Assembly (NCBI RefSeq): GCF_009834535.1
Contig: NC_045696.1
Location: forward strand, 110,362,001-110,426,000
DNA: 64,000 nt
Source of the DNA: Camelus ferus
Taxonomy: Eukaryota
Reading direction: 5' to 3'
This document shows, piece after piece, positions 1-13,231 of this stretch. The notes beneath the pieces are model-generated. The model searched no databases and was not told where the DNA came from. It worked only from the letters and a program-made list of their open reading frames with translations. The translations under genes were made by a program, and so were the position numbers. How positions within the stretch are numbered: the stretch's first letter is position 1; every line of letters begins with the position of its first letter.

Positions 1-1169
1 TAAAGGGTTTTTAACAGAAGACGACTGTGGCTTACTGCCCCATCTCTCTTGGTCCCAGGGAATAGATCCATTTCAATGAATATCCTCCAAGGAGCTACAA
101 CAGTGGCTATGACTATGAATGCTGTGCATTTGTAGAGGGTTTAATGGATTATACCCTGAGATTTGGGGGTGCTGGGAAGCATCCTGTGGTTTGGAATGAA
201 GTATAATAGCATCTTCATCTGGGGAATTCCTCAATCCCTGGGAAATGAGGGTCACACTTCACATGCCTATGGGACTTCACAAGACCCCAAGCTTGCCCCT
301 CTCCCAGTGCTTCCTTGTTCAGGGCATGGCTTCACCATCCAACTGGTTCTCAGGCCAAAATCAAGTTCTGTTCATTTTATCACCTAAATATCTTCCAATT
401 CTATTTTCTTCTCTCCATCCCACCAGCACCCACCACCCTAGGACAAGCCTTTATCTTCTCTCAACTGAGTCATTACAGTGGCCTCTGAACTTGTCCACTT
501 GCCTTTACTCTGTCCCTCTCTAATGCATTCTTCCCTCGGTAGGCAGAGTGATGGACTCAAAGAGATCATGCCCCCAACCCCACTCCCATGACTTCCTCCT
601 TGTTCCCAAGGTAAAGACAAGATTTCTGAAGCTGGCCTGCGGGACTTTGTGAGCTGGCCCCAACTGAAATCCCCCTAGCCTCACTTTGGGCAATTCTAGC
701 CACAGAGCACTGTCAAGGGAAATCCCAGAAGGAGATTCAAGCAGTAAAAAATGCTTCTTGCAATGGTTGCAAGAGAGTCCAACATTCAGAAGAATGGGAC
801 ACCCTGAATAAAGGATCAAGTCAGTATTAAAGAAAAATACCATGAAGTTATTTTCATTGCTCAAAAAACAGAAGTTCCTCACTTGATTATCATATCTGCG
901 AGGATCTTTATATTTCTGAAGACATGAAAGTTGTAAAAGTCAGAGATACATTGTTTTTCACTCTCAGGAAGGGGCTAAAGGCTTTATTTACTTTGAGAAC
1001 TAAGATTCTACAGGGTTTTTCTGGTTTTTGCGGTCATCTCATGATGCCAAGTTGCCTTTATTCTCTCTGTGTACACTGTGTGCACCCTTATATTAACAGT
1101 GGCAGGGCAAGGTGCCAGTGGTCCCTTCACACAATCTTTCAGACCCTCGTGTACTCTCTGTATCTTTTC

Positions 1170-1540
1170 TTCATGGGCCTTTGTACCTGCTGTTTCCACT
1201 GCCTGGAATGCTCTCCATCTCTTCCTCTCGGTACCTCCTATTTTCCCTTCAGATTATATAGCTCCATTATCACAACAGCAGGGAAGGCTTCTCTGACCTC
1301 CAGCCTAGATCAGATCTCCTTAATACAGCCTCTCATAGCACCATATACCTTTGCCTTGGGACATTTGTCACGGTCACAGTTTACATTTGCTCATTTGACT
1401 TTTAAAACTTAGTATCTAATTTCCCAGTAGAGTCAAGTAAATCCATATGGGAAGAGACTATAGTCTGTCTTCACTCCAGCACTGTACCCCAGGCCTTGGT
1501 AGAGTATGTGGCTTACAGTAGGTGCTCAATAAATGATTTT
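1170..1540. mobile_element. L2 LINE 3' fragment
   Basis: tgctgtttccactgcctggaatgctct..acagtaggtgctcaataaat. Confidence 0.7.
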
Positions 1541-1668
1541 AGGACTTCCACACTGGGATCTCTTTTGATCATCATCTGATTCCCTATGAGGTGGGTAAAA
1601 CAATACATTGCATTCCACAGTATTCCCACTTGACTAATGAAGAAATTGAGGCTAAAAAAAAATCTGTG

Positions 1669-2140
1669 AAGAGAAGGAAAAATACCATATGGTATCAATT
1701 ATATGTAGAATCTTAAAAAAAATGACACAAATGAACTTATTTACAAAACAGAAACAGACTCAGACGTAGGAAACAAACTTACAGTTACCAGGGGGAAAGA
1801 GGGTGGGAAGGGTTAAATTGGGAGTTGGAAATTTGCAGATAGTAACTGCTATATGTAAAATAGATAAACAACAAGGTCCCACTGTATAGCACAGGGGACT
1901 ATATTCAATATCTTGTAGGAACTTATAATGAAAAAGTATGAAAAGGAATATATGTATGTATCCGTATGACTGAAACAATATGCTGTACACCAGAAACTGA
2001 CACATTGTAACTGACTATACTTCAATTAAAAAAAAACTTTTTAAAGGTAAAAAGAAACAGATGGTTTAAACACATTTTACTTAAACCAAATTTCATTTCG
2101 GCATCTATCAATATTAAATGTATTGATGAGATATCTTTTT
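1669..2140 (+). mobile_element. 5'-truncated young L1 3'UTR with ~100-bp 3' transduction, inserted in a MIR
   Basis: L1 3'UTR 1669-2037 ending gactatacttcaattaaaa, then extra sequence to 2140. TSD aaaaatctgtg at 1658-1668 and 2141-2151. Confidence 0.85.
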
Positions 2141-3614
2141 AAAAATCTGTGTCTTGCTCAGCCTATATGAGTAAGCAGAGAAATGGACACTCAGTCCCTC
2201 TCAGCTGGGACATAGTGGCCTCTGGCTCTAAGGGCCCAATGAGTCCTTCCCAGGGAAGGGTCAGATGCACCGCAAACTCATGTAAAACATGCTATGATTG
2301 TGGGGGGGACGAAGGGGAGGGGAAACCTTTCACAAGCTGTCCTCAAATATCTGGCTTGGACAGTATCAGACCAGATCAAATAGTCCCCAAGACTTGAAAA
2401 GGGCAGAGAGACAATGAACCCTGCAATTACAGAACGAATGCAGAACTCCAGGGTATCTTTGTTCCTGTTCCCTCTGCTTAGAGATAAGGAGACATCAAAG
2501 CAGACTGACAATACCGCTGCTTGTTTTAAGCTAGAAGTTTAAGGAGTGGGTGCCTGTTTGACTTCACATAATAAAACATTAATTGAACTTCACAGTTGGA
2601 AAAAAAGTAAGAATACGTTATTTGCATAATGGCAAATGTGTCAGGTCTTCAAAAAACCTTTGATATCAAGACTCAGGGCAGAACTCCATGGTTATAGAGG
2701 CTGGAACATTTGAGGCAGCACATCTGAATGTATCAATTATAAACTTAATCCGATGGGCTCCTCTGTACTTATGGTAGGTGATTTGATGGAAGAAGCTCAG
2801 TACGCCCTAGTTTTGGCTTGAGCACAGTGTTTCAAAAACTCTAGTCTCTGCAATTTATATTCACCCACAAAGCAAACGCCATACACTTATGCTTAATTGC
2901 CTCCTTGTGTTGCCCAGAATTTAGTGCCTGAGTTGATTAGGACTGGATGGCGCTGAACTCATTCACCTTCAAGAAATTCTCTCTCGCTCTATCCCTAGTG
3001 CCTCCCTGCAGACTCTGCATCCCTGAGGGTTCACGGGGTAAGGGGCAAGTGAGGGAGAAGAGCCTCATTGGGATGAGCTGAGATAGCTGCAGGAGGAAGC
3101 TGGGGTGCTCCAGACAGTCGTCCCAACCCTAGGTCTGCTGGGAAAGAGGATTCTAGGACATAAAGCACCCCCCACCCCCAAAGCACAGCATGGATCATAG
3201 CGATTGTTTGGGTATAAGCACCCCTCATCAAGTAATGGCTGAAAAAGACTCCTAAAGGACACGGGGTGATGATGGGGGCTGGGACACAGCTGGCACATAA
3301 GCTCATAAAGCAGAGATGGCCCATAAGGGTCCCCTGAGGCACCATGGTCTCTCAAGGACAATTTTCCTTAAAAATGCTCAAACGACTCTTAGATGCCTGT
3401 AAGTGGAGCTGCAGGTGCAGGTTATACAAAGTAAGCCTTGCAAGAGGAGATGGAAATCACCAGGGAGCTGAAAAACAGCTGAACAAAAGGTACAGTACAA
3501 GCCTAGAATTTAAATGCGACTGCTTTTTCATCATTAAGGTTGTACTGCTGAACTGTCCCCCTCAGCTGCCCTCCCTGTTGACTGTGGGACTGACCTCCTC
3601 CCAGTAATCCACAT

Positions 3615-4235
3615 GGTCACAGTAGGGACCTGTAAATTCGCCAGGTCCCACTGTAGGAAAAGTGGAAAAGAAAAAGGAACCCCCTTAACATGGGTCAATG
3701 AGATCCTTCCTTGGAAATGTGGAATAAGAGGTTCTAGTTGGTCTAGCTCTCCCAGTCTTCTCTTTTTCTTTTAACTCCTTAATTGTGGTATGATTCCTGT
3801 ACAGTAAACTGTACATATTTCAGATGTACAATTTGATGAATTTTGATAGATGTGTACACCCATAAAACCACCACCACAATCAAGACAGCTAACATCTCCA
3901 TCACTTCCCAAGAGGTGCAAATTTTGAACTCCCAATTAGCTCTTCTGTCTTTAATTGAAGAGATCCAAACCTGGGAGAAGCTGGTAGTGGTTATTCTGCC
4001 AAGTGGCCTGGAAAATCGAGGCAGGTGATCTAAACTAAGAAGAAAGAATTAAGCAGATGCACAGAGGAAAATGGAAACAAGAGACAGAAAGGGAAAATTT
4101 CATGGTTCCCCAAAGCCTTCATTTCTGGTTGCCTGAGACCCAACTGGCTCCTGCCCTTGGGTTTTCTGAGACATCCTTGAATTCTTATACTCAGTCCAGT
4201 TTTTTACCTAGGTTATTCCCAGTGGGGTTCTGTTA
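3615..4235 (+). mobile_element. Old MLT1 (J/K/L-like) LTR, interrupted by the chimeric L1 at 3760-3937
   Basis: gggtcaatgagatccttccttggaa..ctggttgcctgagacccaactg..cagtggggttctgtta. Confidence 0.55.
3760..3937 (-). mobile_element. Short chimeric L1 3' end (young L1 3'UTR fused to L1M-type tail), copy A
   Basis: Reverse complement is ~93% identical to 36024-36190. A-rich tail and degenerate TSD tagctctcccagtctt / tagctcttctgtcttt; interrupts an MLT1-like LTR. Confidence 0.85.
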
Positions 4236-4316
4236 TATAATTCTCCTGGTTGGAAGAGACACCAAAGTATGTTATTTATATGTGCAATACTAGTTATGGT
4301 AACAAGGACAATAGAG

Positions 4317-4757
4317 TGGTAGACATAAATAATGACCACCCAAATGAGAACAGAGAGACTATTTATTCAGAATTTGGTATAGCAAAGGAGTCAGCCACTG
4401 TCACTTGCATTTGGCAGGAATTCAAATGCAAGTAGGAGAAAAGGAAAGTGTTATAGTGCAGAAAAGAGAAGACATTAGGTGTCCCCTGTTTGGAGGTTGT
4501 TAGCAAGGGTTTTTAGCATCGGGCAGACCAGAAGTAGTGCATCCTATCTGATTCATTAGAGGAGTATGTTTGACTTTCTCTGGTTGGTCCTGAGTTGCAG
4601 GGGGGTGATGGGGCAGGGAGGGCAAAAATAGGAAAGCTGGAAGTTATTGAATATGTCCTGATCCTTCCTTCTATATCAGCTACTGCACAGGTCGTGGGTC
4701 AGAGTTATTTTGTTATATACAGTCTGGCTCGTATCTGTTTGTATATTCAGTCTCTCA
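4317..4757 (-). mobile_element. Solo ERV1-like LTR
   Basis: Minus strand begins tgagagactg, contains ccaa boxes and AATAAA (tttatt at ~4362), and ends ..tctacca. Confidence 0.65.
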
Positions 4758-5594
4758 GGACAAATATTCACTGAATTCCTCTTACCTGATAAAACTGACA
4801 GTCTCATTCCTGGCTGCATGTTAGAATCACCTGGGAAGCTTTAAAAGCACCACCCTGACCGATGAAACCAGAACCTCTGGGGCCAGAGGACAGACATTAG
4901 TGTTTTCTACAGTACCCAGGTGATTCCAGTGCACAGTTCTGGTCAGTAAGCAAACAAACGAAGAGCTGACCTGTTCTTTGGTAAGGCTGCTGACCCCTCC
5001 TCCACCGATCCTCTTTTCTAGAAGACATATCAATGGCAAAAGCTTATTTTAAAAAATGGCAGAATGGCTGAAACTCAGAAGCTATGAAATAAGAAAAGTG
5101 GCCCCAGCAGGCATGTTGATAAACACTAGAATGTACTTCCTAGTATGTTTGTGCATTTATAAGGCTGTTCCCTAGTGGCAATGGCTTCACAGGGTTTTTT
5201 AAAGGAGCTTTGGAGGATTTTTACTAATAAGTCCTGTCATTTGTTCAGCACATTCCATGTTCCAGACAGTCTGCTGAACACTTTGAGTGTTACCTTACCT
5301 AGCCTTCACCTTCATATTTCATGAGTTTAAACAGAAATGTAGACTTACCCCAGAGGCAGTATTTGCCCCCAAATTATCATCTTTGATAATCTGATTATTT
5401 AATTAACAAGCATACATTGAGCAGCTACTATGTACCAACATTAGTCCAGGTTCTGGGAATGTAATCGTGAGGATAATAAACGTGATTTTTATCCTTATGG
5501 AGCTTAAATAGTGTGAGAGACTAACATTAATAAAATAATCACATGATGTATCATTACAGATTGTATTAGGATTTTGAAGGAAAGGTATAGAGAG

Positions 5595-5820
5595 CTAATA
5601 CTTGGCAGACTTTTTCTGTAAAGGACCAAAGAGTAAATATTTTAGGTCAGAGGGCCACACAGTCTTGGCTGCAACTACTCAGTCTTGCCATGGTATTGCC
5701 AAACTGTCACAGACAATAGGTAAATGAATGGGTGTGTCTTTGTTCAAATAAAACTTTATTTACAAAAACAAGAGGCCAATTGGATTTGACCTAAGGGCCA
5801 TAGTCTGCAGACATCTGGAT
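5595..5820. mobile_element. MER58A-like hAT DNA transposon
   Basis: ttggcagactttttctgtaaaggacca..aataaaactttatttacaaaaaca..gggccatagtctgcagac. Confidence 0.85.
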
Positions 5821-6809
5821 TATAACATAGAGACTTAATCTAATTTGAGGAGTGAGGAAAGAGAATTCTTCAAGGAAATGACATTGGAGTATTGATTGCA
5901 AAATCTGTTTGTGGTATTCTGGTATCCAGTGTTTCTTATAATCTTAAGTACCAAAAATGCTTGTATTTTGTTGGTATAATGTTATGCTGACATCTTGAAA
6001 AACACTGAAGTCAGAATTACATGTGTCTGGAGAAATACCCAGAGTTGCATTCTACATTAAAATTTTAAATAAAAGTTGCAAACATTTTGAAAGTGCTTTT
6101 ATCCTCCAGGATACTCAAGAAAAAAGGGAAATGACAGTGGACAAAGACCTTGTGAAAAAGTGGACCAGGAAGGCAGCAGTGCCTACATTTACAGATAACT
6201 GCATCAGAATATTTAATGACATGGGAAATCTAAGGATGATAAAAATAAACTAGAAATGCTTTCTTTGAACAAAAACTCTACTGGCAGTATCATTGAAAAA
6301 AAAAAAGGAAGATCCTGTTGGGGGAAAATTCTGAAGTCCCTATTGGGGGAGATGTTCAAAAATATCTTCTCAAAGTCATCAATTAAGAGATGGTATAAGA
6401 AGATAGGGGAGTCAGAAAGAAAACATGCTAGTTTTAAATCCCTTCTTGACATTCACAGACCAGGGCTTCCAACAGCTGGGTAATTCGACCAAAACATATT
6501 CTGGAGTTTCAATAATGACATAATTGTCATTCTGGGTTTTTTTTTAAGACCACAGTTTTTTTCAAAAGATCAAAAATTATTTCATAACAAATATTTTATT
6601 GCTCAAGTTTTAGTCATTTTTATCATAGCATAAATTTATTTTTACATTGTCTATTAATTGTATTTTTATAGCAGAATAATGTATGTCAAAATGTTTTTTC
6701 CTAGATTAATGTTTTCATTTCCTTTTTGTAATAGGTTTAAATAAGGTTGTATTAAAATGCATTAAATGTTGTTTGTATTTTTTAATCATATCAATTTTCA
6801 AAAAAGAAA

Positions 6810-6992
6810 TTCCATTCATTTGATACTTACAGCAACCCTAAAAGGTTACTAGTATTATCCCCATTTACAGATGGGAAGCTTAAAGCTCAGAGAGGTTAAG
6901 GAACTTGCCCAAGGCTACACAGTAGTAAATAGCACAGCTGAGATTCAAAGGTAGGCTCTCTGGCTGTGGGGTCCATGTTTTTAACCACTATG
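6810..6992 (-). mobile_element. MIR SINE
   Basis: attatccccatttacagatgggaa..gctcagagaggttaaggaacttgcccaagg (MIR core). Further MIRs lie near 10850, 25560, 32240, 36600, 44580, 52810, 61400 and 62600. Confidence 0.88.
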
Positions 6993-9252
6993 CTCTGCTG
7001 ACACTTTTTGAAAAATACAATAATGGTGCTAAAACTTGAAGCAAATACTGAAATATCGTCATTGTCATTTTCTCTAGTCTTGCACTTACTACATTTGAAC
7101 TGAACTGTGAAGGATGAGTGGGCATTGGCTCAGTGCAAAGGGAGATGAATAGCCCAGATGGAGGAAGAGCGACGGCCCTGGGCAGGAGCTGCTGCCGCCC
7201 ACAGCAGGAAGTGAAAAGAGGCTTCCAACGGCCAGTTGTCCTGTGTACGTTCATAATAACCAGAAATTCTCTATTTTGGGCTGTTAAGAAAGTGTTTTGT
7301 GTGTGCTGGGAGCCCAAGTGAAAACTGTATTTTCATACAGTGACAGACTGTTGATAACTACCACATCCTGATGCAAGTGAACTAAAAGGGGGACAGCCAT
7401 TGGACTGGAGAGAGTTGAACTTGGAGGATGAGAGGATGATGAGATGGAGCAGAAGTAAATGGTGTCAGGGGCCGGTCGAGGTAGAAGTACGAAGGGAGAG
7501 GGAGGTGATGGAAAAACTGACTAGTGATCAGGAGACCCCAAATCCAAATCACTTACAAAAGAAAAGGGTGATTGTGTCCCAAGCTAAAAAACAGGCAGAA
7601 ATGGTTCCTTTTGTGTTTCCCTCAGCGCAAGGTCCTTTGCCCTTCACCATATCACCAGCTAAACGGCGTCCATGCCTGGGTCACAGAGGAAGAAAGCTCT
7701 GTTCTGAGGCAAAGACCTCCATCTGCTTAACGTTCGCTATTAATTCCACTGCTTCAGGGGCTCTCCTGCATTCTATGAGGACCGAGAGCTACCAGAAGGG
7801 CCATCTCACCCATCCACAATCGGGTGCCCCAGTCCCCCTCCCCAGTACAAGGTCCGGCCACTTCAGGCTTGACCGGTGATGGGGAAAATGGCCAGCTTCC
7901 AGAGGTGACCCTGTGCTTTCAGATAACTTCCTTTATAAGCCTTTTCCCAGCTCCACAACCACCTGTCTCTTTCCACACCCCACCCCAGCCACAAGTGAAG
8001 CCAGGGTCTGAGCTGGGGGGCGGAACTTTCTTGATAATTCACCTGCTCCAGCGCCTTTTCTCACAGCCTCAAACAGAAAATGTTAAACAGCCTCTGGCCC
8101 AGATGCCTTTGGGGAAGATGCCTCTAATGGGCGACCACTCCTACAGCTCTCCCCTACCCCCAGGTATCTCAGCCCCCAGGGATGGAAAGATCCTGCCTTC
8201 CACCAGTGTATTTGGACTCCTTCTCAATTACCAGAACAATTGTACTCGTGCTCTGTCACGCTGAGCTATGCCCTCCACCCTATTTACTGATAGGATAAGC
8301 AATGAGCCGTCCCAAGCTTCCACCAGGTGGGGAGAATCAGTTCCATTCCTGCAAGGGAGCAAATCCAAACCCATGCAGTCTTCCCATTTTCTCCCCTAGA
8401 CACCCTTACGTGACCCCACGGATTCTCATGTCCCAGTCTTTGGATAATGTCAACAATGAGTCTTCCCTAGTGTGGCCTCCAGACAAAGTAAACATGGTAC
8501 CTGGATGTGACCAGCTAGTACTGAATGATGCAGTCGTTCATTCATTCTTTTGTTCATTCGCCAAACATGCTCAGGATTTACTATCTATCAGCCACTCTGC
8601 AAAACAGGAAAAAAATAAGATATGCCCCTCTTCCCCAGAAGCTCCGTATTTAGTGGAGAACAGACTCAAAAACAGACAATTACAATACAATAACAATGGC
8701 TGCACTGCAATCAGTTTTAGATCCTGTGTGATACCCTGTAAAATATGTGTTTGCTTTCAGGGCAAGCACATTATACTCTATGTGTTTGTAAAAATACTTA
8801 GCATCAAAAATCTTGGTAATTTGTTGGGTCATTCCTCCCCACCAAACTGGAGAATCTTATAACGGCAGCTGAAGCTAGAACAAGCAGCTGCTTAATACCT
8901 GGCCAATTCATCATGTCATGGAACAGATGTGGGGAGAAAACGATTGTCTCAAACGATCAGGAAAACAGTCATGTTAAAAAAGAAATAATAAAGGGAGCCC
9001 AGTGAGAGGACTAGCCTTAGCTGTTTTATTTTGGTAATTAATAATCCTAAATAAATGGACCAGCGATTGTCAAAATTATCAAAACGATTAACGTTCAGCC
9101 AAGCCACGTGACAGCCCGATGCAGCCCAGATGAAGTCAGTTAAGCTGTGTGACAAATGTGATTCAAGAGGCCGCATCTAAAAGGCTTAGTTAAAAGGCTT
9201 GAGATTCGGTTCTATGAACCGCGTTGCAGTAAATTAAACAGCTCCATGTAGA

Positions 9253-9580
9253 CCAGTGCTTCTGAACCTTGAGCCTGCTTCAGAGTCACCTGGAGGGCTT
9301 GTTAAAACAGATTGCTGAGCTCCACCCCCAAAGTTTCTAAATCAGCAAGTCTGGGATAAGACCCAAAAGTCTGAATTTCTAATAAGTTTCCAGATGTTGA
9401 AGCTGCTGGTCAGGGACCGCGCTGTTGTTATGGACCCTGGGTGCACGTTAACCTCACCTGGGGAGCTTTTAAAACATTCCCAGGCCTTCACAAAACAATT
9501 AAAACATAATTTTCAGAGTATGACAGTGTTTTTTAAAGTTCCCGGGTGATTTCACTGTGTAGTCAGAGCTGAGAACCACC
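9253..9580. mobile_element. Two adjacent MER5A/B-like hAT elements
   Basis: cagtgcttctgaaccttgagc..agagtcacctggagggcttgttaaaacagattgctg..; tcacctggggagcttttaaaa..gagctgagaaccac. Confidence 0.8.
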
Positions 9581-10199
9581 AGGTAGGGTACATACCAGCA
9601 GAAAACTTTAGTAACTCTCAGAATACATGTGAGAATAATTATGTGGTGGAGAAGATAATAAAGAATAAGAATTTGAAGCCTGAAAGCCTCCACCAAAATC
9701 CCAAATGGGATCTTCAGAAACAGGGGTGTCATGCTTCGGGGAGACTTAAGAGTCTCTGAGGTTTCTAGGTGAAAAAATTTAGCATAGGAATTTTATTTTA
9801 CCTAAATCTAACTTGAAAGAGAGGGTGGGAGGGAATGAGCACTTTGGATCGGTTAGCTGTGGAATCATGTCACCTAGAGAAAAATTGATAAATCACCTCC
9901 CCAAACGTAAACACCAACTAGACAGAATTTTAATCTAGCGCAAAAGTGCAGTTTTTTCCTCTCTGAAAAAGATACACCAATGTCAGTGCCTCTGAACCAC
10001 AGCCCGCTCTGAGGTAACTCGCTCTGCAGAAGGTTTGGTCTAGATGACCAAGATTTCCCATTTATTTGGCCCCACCATCCACCATGTCCCGCTCCTCCAG
10101 CCCCGCAGATTGGGCCTAGGTGAGCACCTGACAGAAAGACTGCCAGTCATCTGCCAGTGGAAAGGCCTCCTGGGCACTGGGGGTTCTGCCCAGAGATGC

Positions 10200-10720
10200 T
10201 GGATATTTGCTGAGCCAATCAGAGTTCCTCTCTCATTATTGGAATTGGAAATAAGGGAAGAATAGGCGATTGGTGGTGCGGGGCAGGTGCGGATGTCCTA
10301 GAGCAGAGGGGTTGCTTTCTAGAAGCTGGTCCCGGTAGTGGAGGAGTCCAAGGGCAGGTTCCTGGAACACCTTGAACCGCTTCAGATCCCAGTCCCTCTC
10401 CACCTCCTGGCTTCAGAAGACCAACCCATTGGGTGTATTTGCATAAAATTCCGCCTTTGCCCCAAATGTAGGTGTAGAATAACTATCCCATTTCTGAGTT
10501 ACTGGCTTCTCTGCCACTCTTGACTGAGAGCAGTCTAATTGGTAGGAGCCCGTCATACAGACGTCCCTTCAGAGACCATGCTTCTCCGACCTCTCCCCTC
10601 ACATTTATGCCCGTTTCCCCAGGGCGGAGCTGTCATGGCGTGTTATGGGCACGGTCTTGTCTGCGGACAGGAAGGTCAGTTTGTTTAGGAGCTTTGAAAT
10701 TTAACTTCTCTGGCGTCGGG
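10200..10720. promoter_or_regulatory. Candidate promoter/enhancer: CCAAT cluster + octamer + GC box
   Basis: CCAAT/ATTGG at 10215, 10238, 10244, 10269, 10428 and 10538; ATTTGCAT at 10437; GGGCGG at 10622. Motif evidence only. Confidence 0.35.
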
Positions 10721-10818
10721 AGCTTCCTTTATTTCTTTCTTTATTTGGGGCCCTTTAATGCCTCATAGAATTGTGAAGAAGATGGAATAGAAAAGTATGT
10801 CAAGCATTTAATAGAACA

Positions 10819-10843
10819 GCACACACACACACACACACACACA
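10819..10843. repeat. (CA)n microsatellite
   Basis: Direct reading. Confidence 0.95.
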
Positions 10844-11979
10844 CTCTGAAGTCAGATTGTCTGGGTTCAGATCTCAGCCCTACACTTTCCTAACTGTGTG
10901 ACCTTCAGTAGGTTACTAAACATCTCTGAGACCAGAGTTACTAATAGAACCCTTCTCATCCATTTGGGAGGAATAAGTAAAATATATACAGAAAAATCCC
11001 AGCCCTCTGCCTGGTGCAATGGAAGCAGTCCGTCAGTGCCAGCTATGATTACTGCACAAATACAAGAAAGTATTTACCCATTTAAAGGGCTATCTGGAGA
11101 GGAGAGGATTCTCACGGTTAGAGGCTGAGAAAGGGCCTGACAATCAGATTGTCCTCTCACTGTAGGTCTCTTACCTGTAACTGTGATTTGAGTTAAAGCT
11201 GCTGTAACAGAAAACCATCTGGAACCTTTGGATAAGCAGCAATAAATCATTCTCGGGTTTCCGAGGGACTCTGTGAGCCTTCATCTAGGAAGTGAAGCTG
11301 CCCCGTGGGCAATGAAAATACAGTCATGGAGATAAGAAAAGCTCCACTAATTAAAACATAGCACGTGTTGTCATGAGGGACCCATCAAGCTACCTGTGAT
11401 CTTACAGTTGCCTCATCTACGCCGTGATTTCAAGCCCTCGTCCTGCCTTCTGGGACAGGATGTGGGCATGCGAGGGTCCAGGAGGGGAACGCAAGGGAGA
11501 GAGGCCCCTCCAGACATAAACTCTTTAATCCTGACATCAGGCAGCAAACAAGCCTTCTTCAGCCGGTGAATTCACACAATCAAAAGACTCATGCCATATC
11601 AGAGTGACTTTTTTTTGTCTTTAATGACTCCAACCATGTAAGCGAGGGAAAAGAGGACTGTGGCGATGCCCACACCTGCAAGGGCCTTGGAAACAGAGAA
11701 GCGGGTGTTACTAGGTCACCATATATAAACATCTGGACTGCCAGTTCTTCTAGATTCTGATCCTCCACATAAAAATTTAAAATATCTTAATTGCCAAGTG
11801 CCTGCTTTACTGATTACAGTCAACTTTCAGTCTTCCTGAAGGGTAGGGAAAAGGTTTTCATGTCCGAATTGTTAAATAAATAGAATAGAACAGCATACTC
11901 AGTATGAAAAACGAACAGAGCAATGCAAAATGTTGCATGAAATAGACAGAATCAGCTGTAACTGCTTAGACTAGGATGG

Positions 11980-12190
11980 TAAGAACTTTCCGTGAGAACT
12001 CTGCGTTGAAGGAGGTGTTCTATATCTGCACTAGTATGGTAGCCACTAGCCACAGGTGCGGCCACGTGTGTAGCAAAATGTGGTCATTACAACTGAGTCA
12101 CTGATTGTTTAATTGTACTTAAGTTGAATTATTTTGAATGTAAAGTTAAATAGCCACATGGGGCTAGTGGGTACCATTTTGGAAGCTGCA
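11980..12190. mobile_element. MER3-like hAT DNA transposon
   Basis: tgttctatatctgcac..atggtagccactagccac..aaatagccacatggggctagtgg. Confidence 0.75.
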
Positions 12191-13231
12191 AAAGGATCAG
12201 AGATCGGGTTAAATCTGAGGTAACCCAGTGGTGCAACCTGCGTGCAGCCTTGCAGAATTAACACCACAGGAGTTATTTACCTATCACTTGTCTTCTCAAA
12301 ATACAAAATAAAGCTAGAACACATGGTTTCCACTAGCCCAATACGTACAAAACAAAAACTTGCTGTCTGAGCTTTCTGATTAGCTTAGATGTCAGATAAA
12401 GAGGCAATTTCCATATATTCAACTGTCAGAAAACTACAGGAGTCAGAATTCTAGAATTGGAAGAATGTTAGAGATTATGCAGAGTGCTTAAAACTCCAGT
12501 TGTTTGGAAGTATTTGGGGATACTTTGGGCTGTCTTAAAGACTAGGAGGGACTCCTGGTCAGAGGCTAGAGATTCTAAGCATCTTGCATGAGCAGGACAG
12601 TCTCGTACATGGAAGAACAGGCCTGCCTCAACGCCAACTGCTCTGCCATTGAAAACATTTTCTGTCCAACGGTTTGTTTTAAAAACTAGGAATTTGCTTC
12701 AAAAGAAATTAAGTGACCGTCTCTGGATCCCACAGCCAGTGAAGTTTAACCAGACCATGCATGAAAGGCTGAAGGGCACCTGGGGTTAAAATGTATCTGT
12801 GCTGTTGCTCTGCAAGCTACACTAGATTTTTATGAGAAATAAATATACAGTGAAAGAAGATGTTTTCTTATAGTTCACTGCCCTTAAGTTCAGAGTTAAA
12901 TTGAAAGCAAAATTCTCATACTGGGGTTTGCGATGTACCCCTAGACCTGGGCATATCAAGGGCTCTGAACTCCCTTTGCTACAGTGGCAGAGTTGAGTAG
13001 TTGGACAGAGACTGTCTGGCCTGCAAAACCTAAGATATTTACACCTGGCCCTTCAGGAAAAAGTTTGCCAATCTATGCCATCAATTATTAAAATACTGTA
13101 CAGTTAGTGTGATAATGGAGGTAAGTACCAAATGCTACGGAAGCATCAGGAAGTTACTAATAGAGGAGTCAGGGAAGGCTTCCCAGGAAACCTGATCCTG
13201 AAGGGTAAATAATTGAGAAAAGAGTATGGTA

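Noticed and set aside
924..1412. 162-aa hydrophobic ORF
   Set aside because: Runs through an L2 remnant; no family similarity recognised.
2619..2640. Octamer ATTTGCATAAT as a Sox-Oct composite
   Set aside because: The adjacent Sox half-site does not fit CATTGT; a single motif is insufficient.
7400..8862. Three consecutive 146-186 aa ORFs on the + strand
   Set aside because: No recognisable domain or splice structure, partly overlapping L2-like sequence; consistent with chance ORFs.
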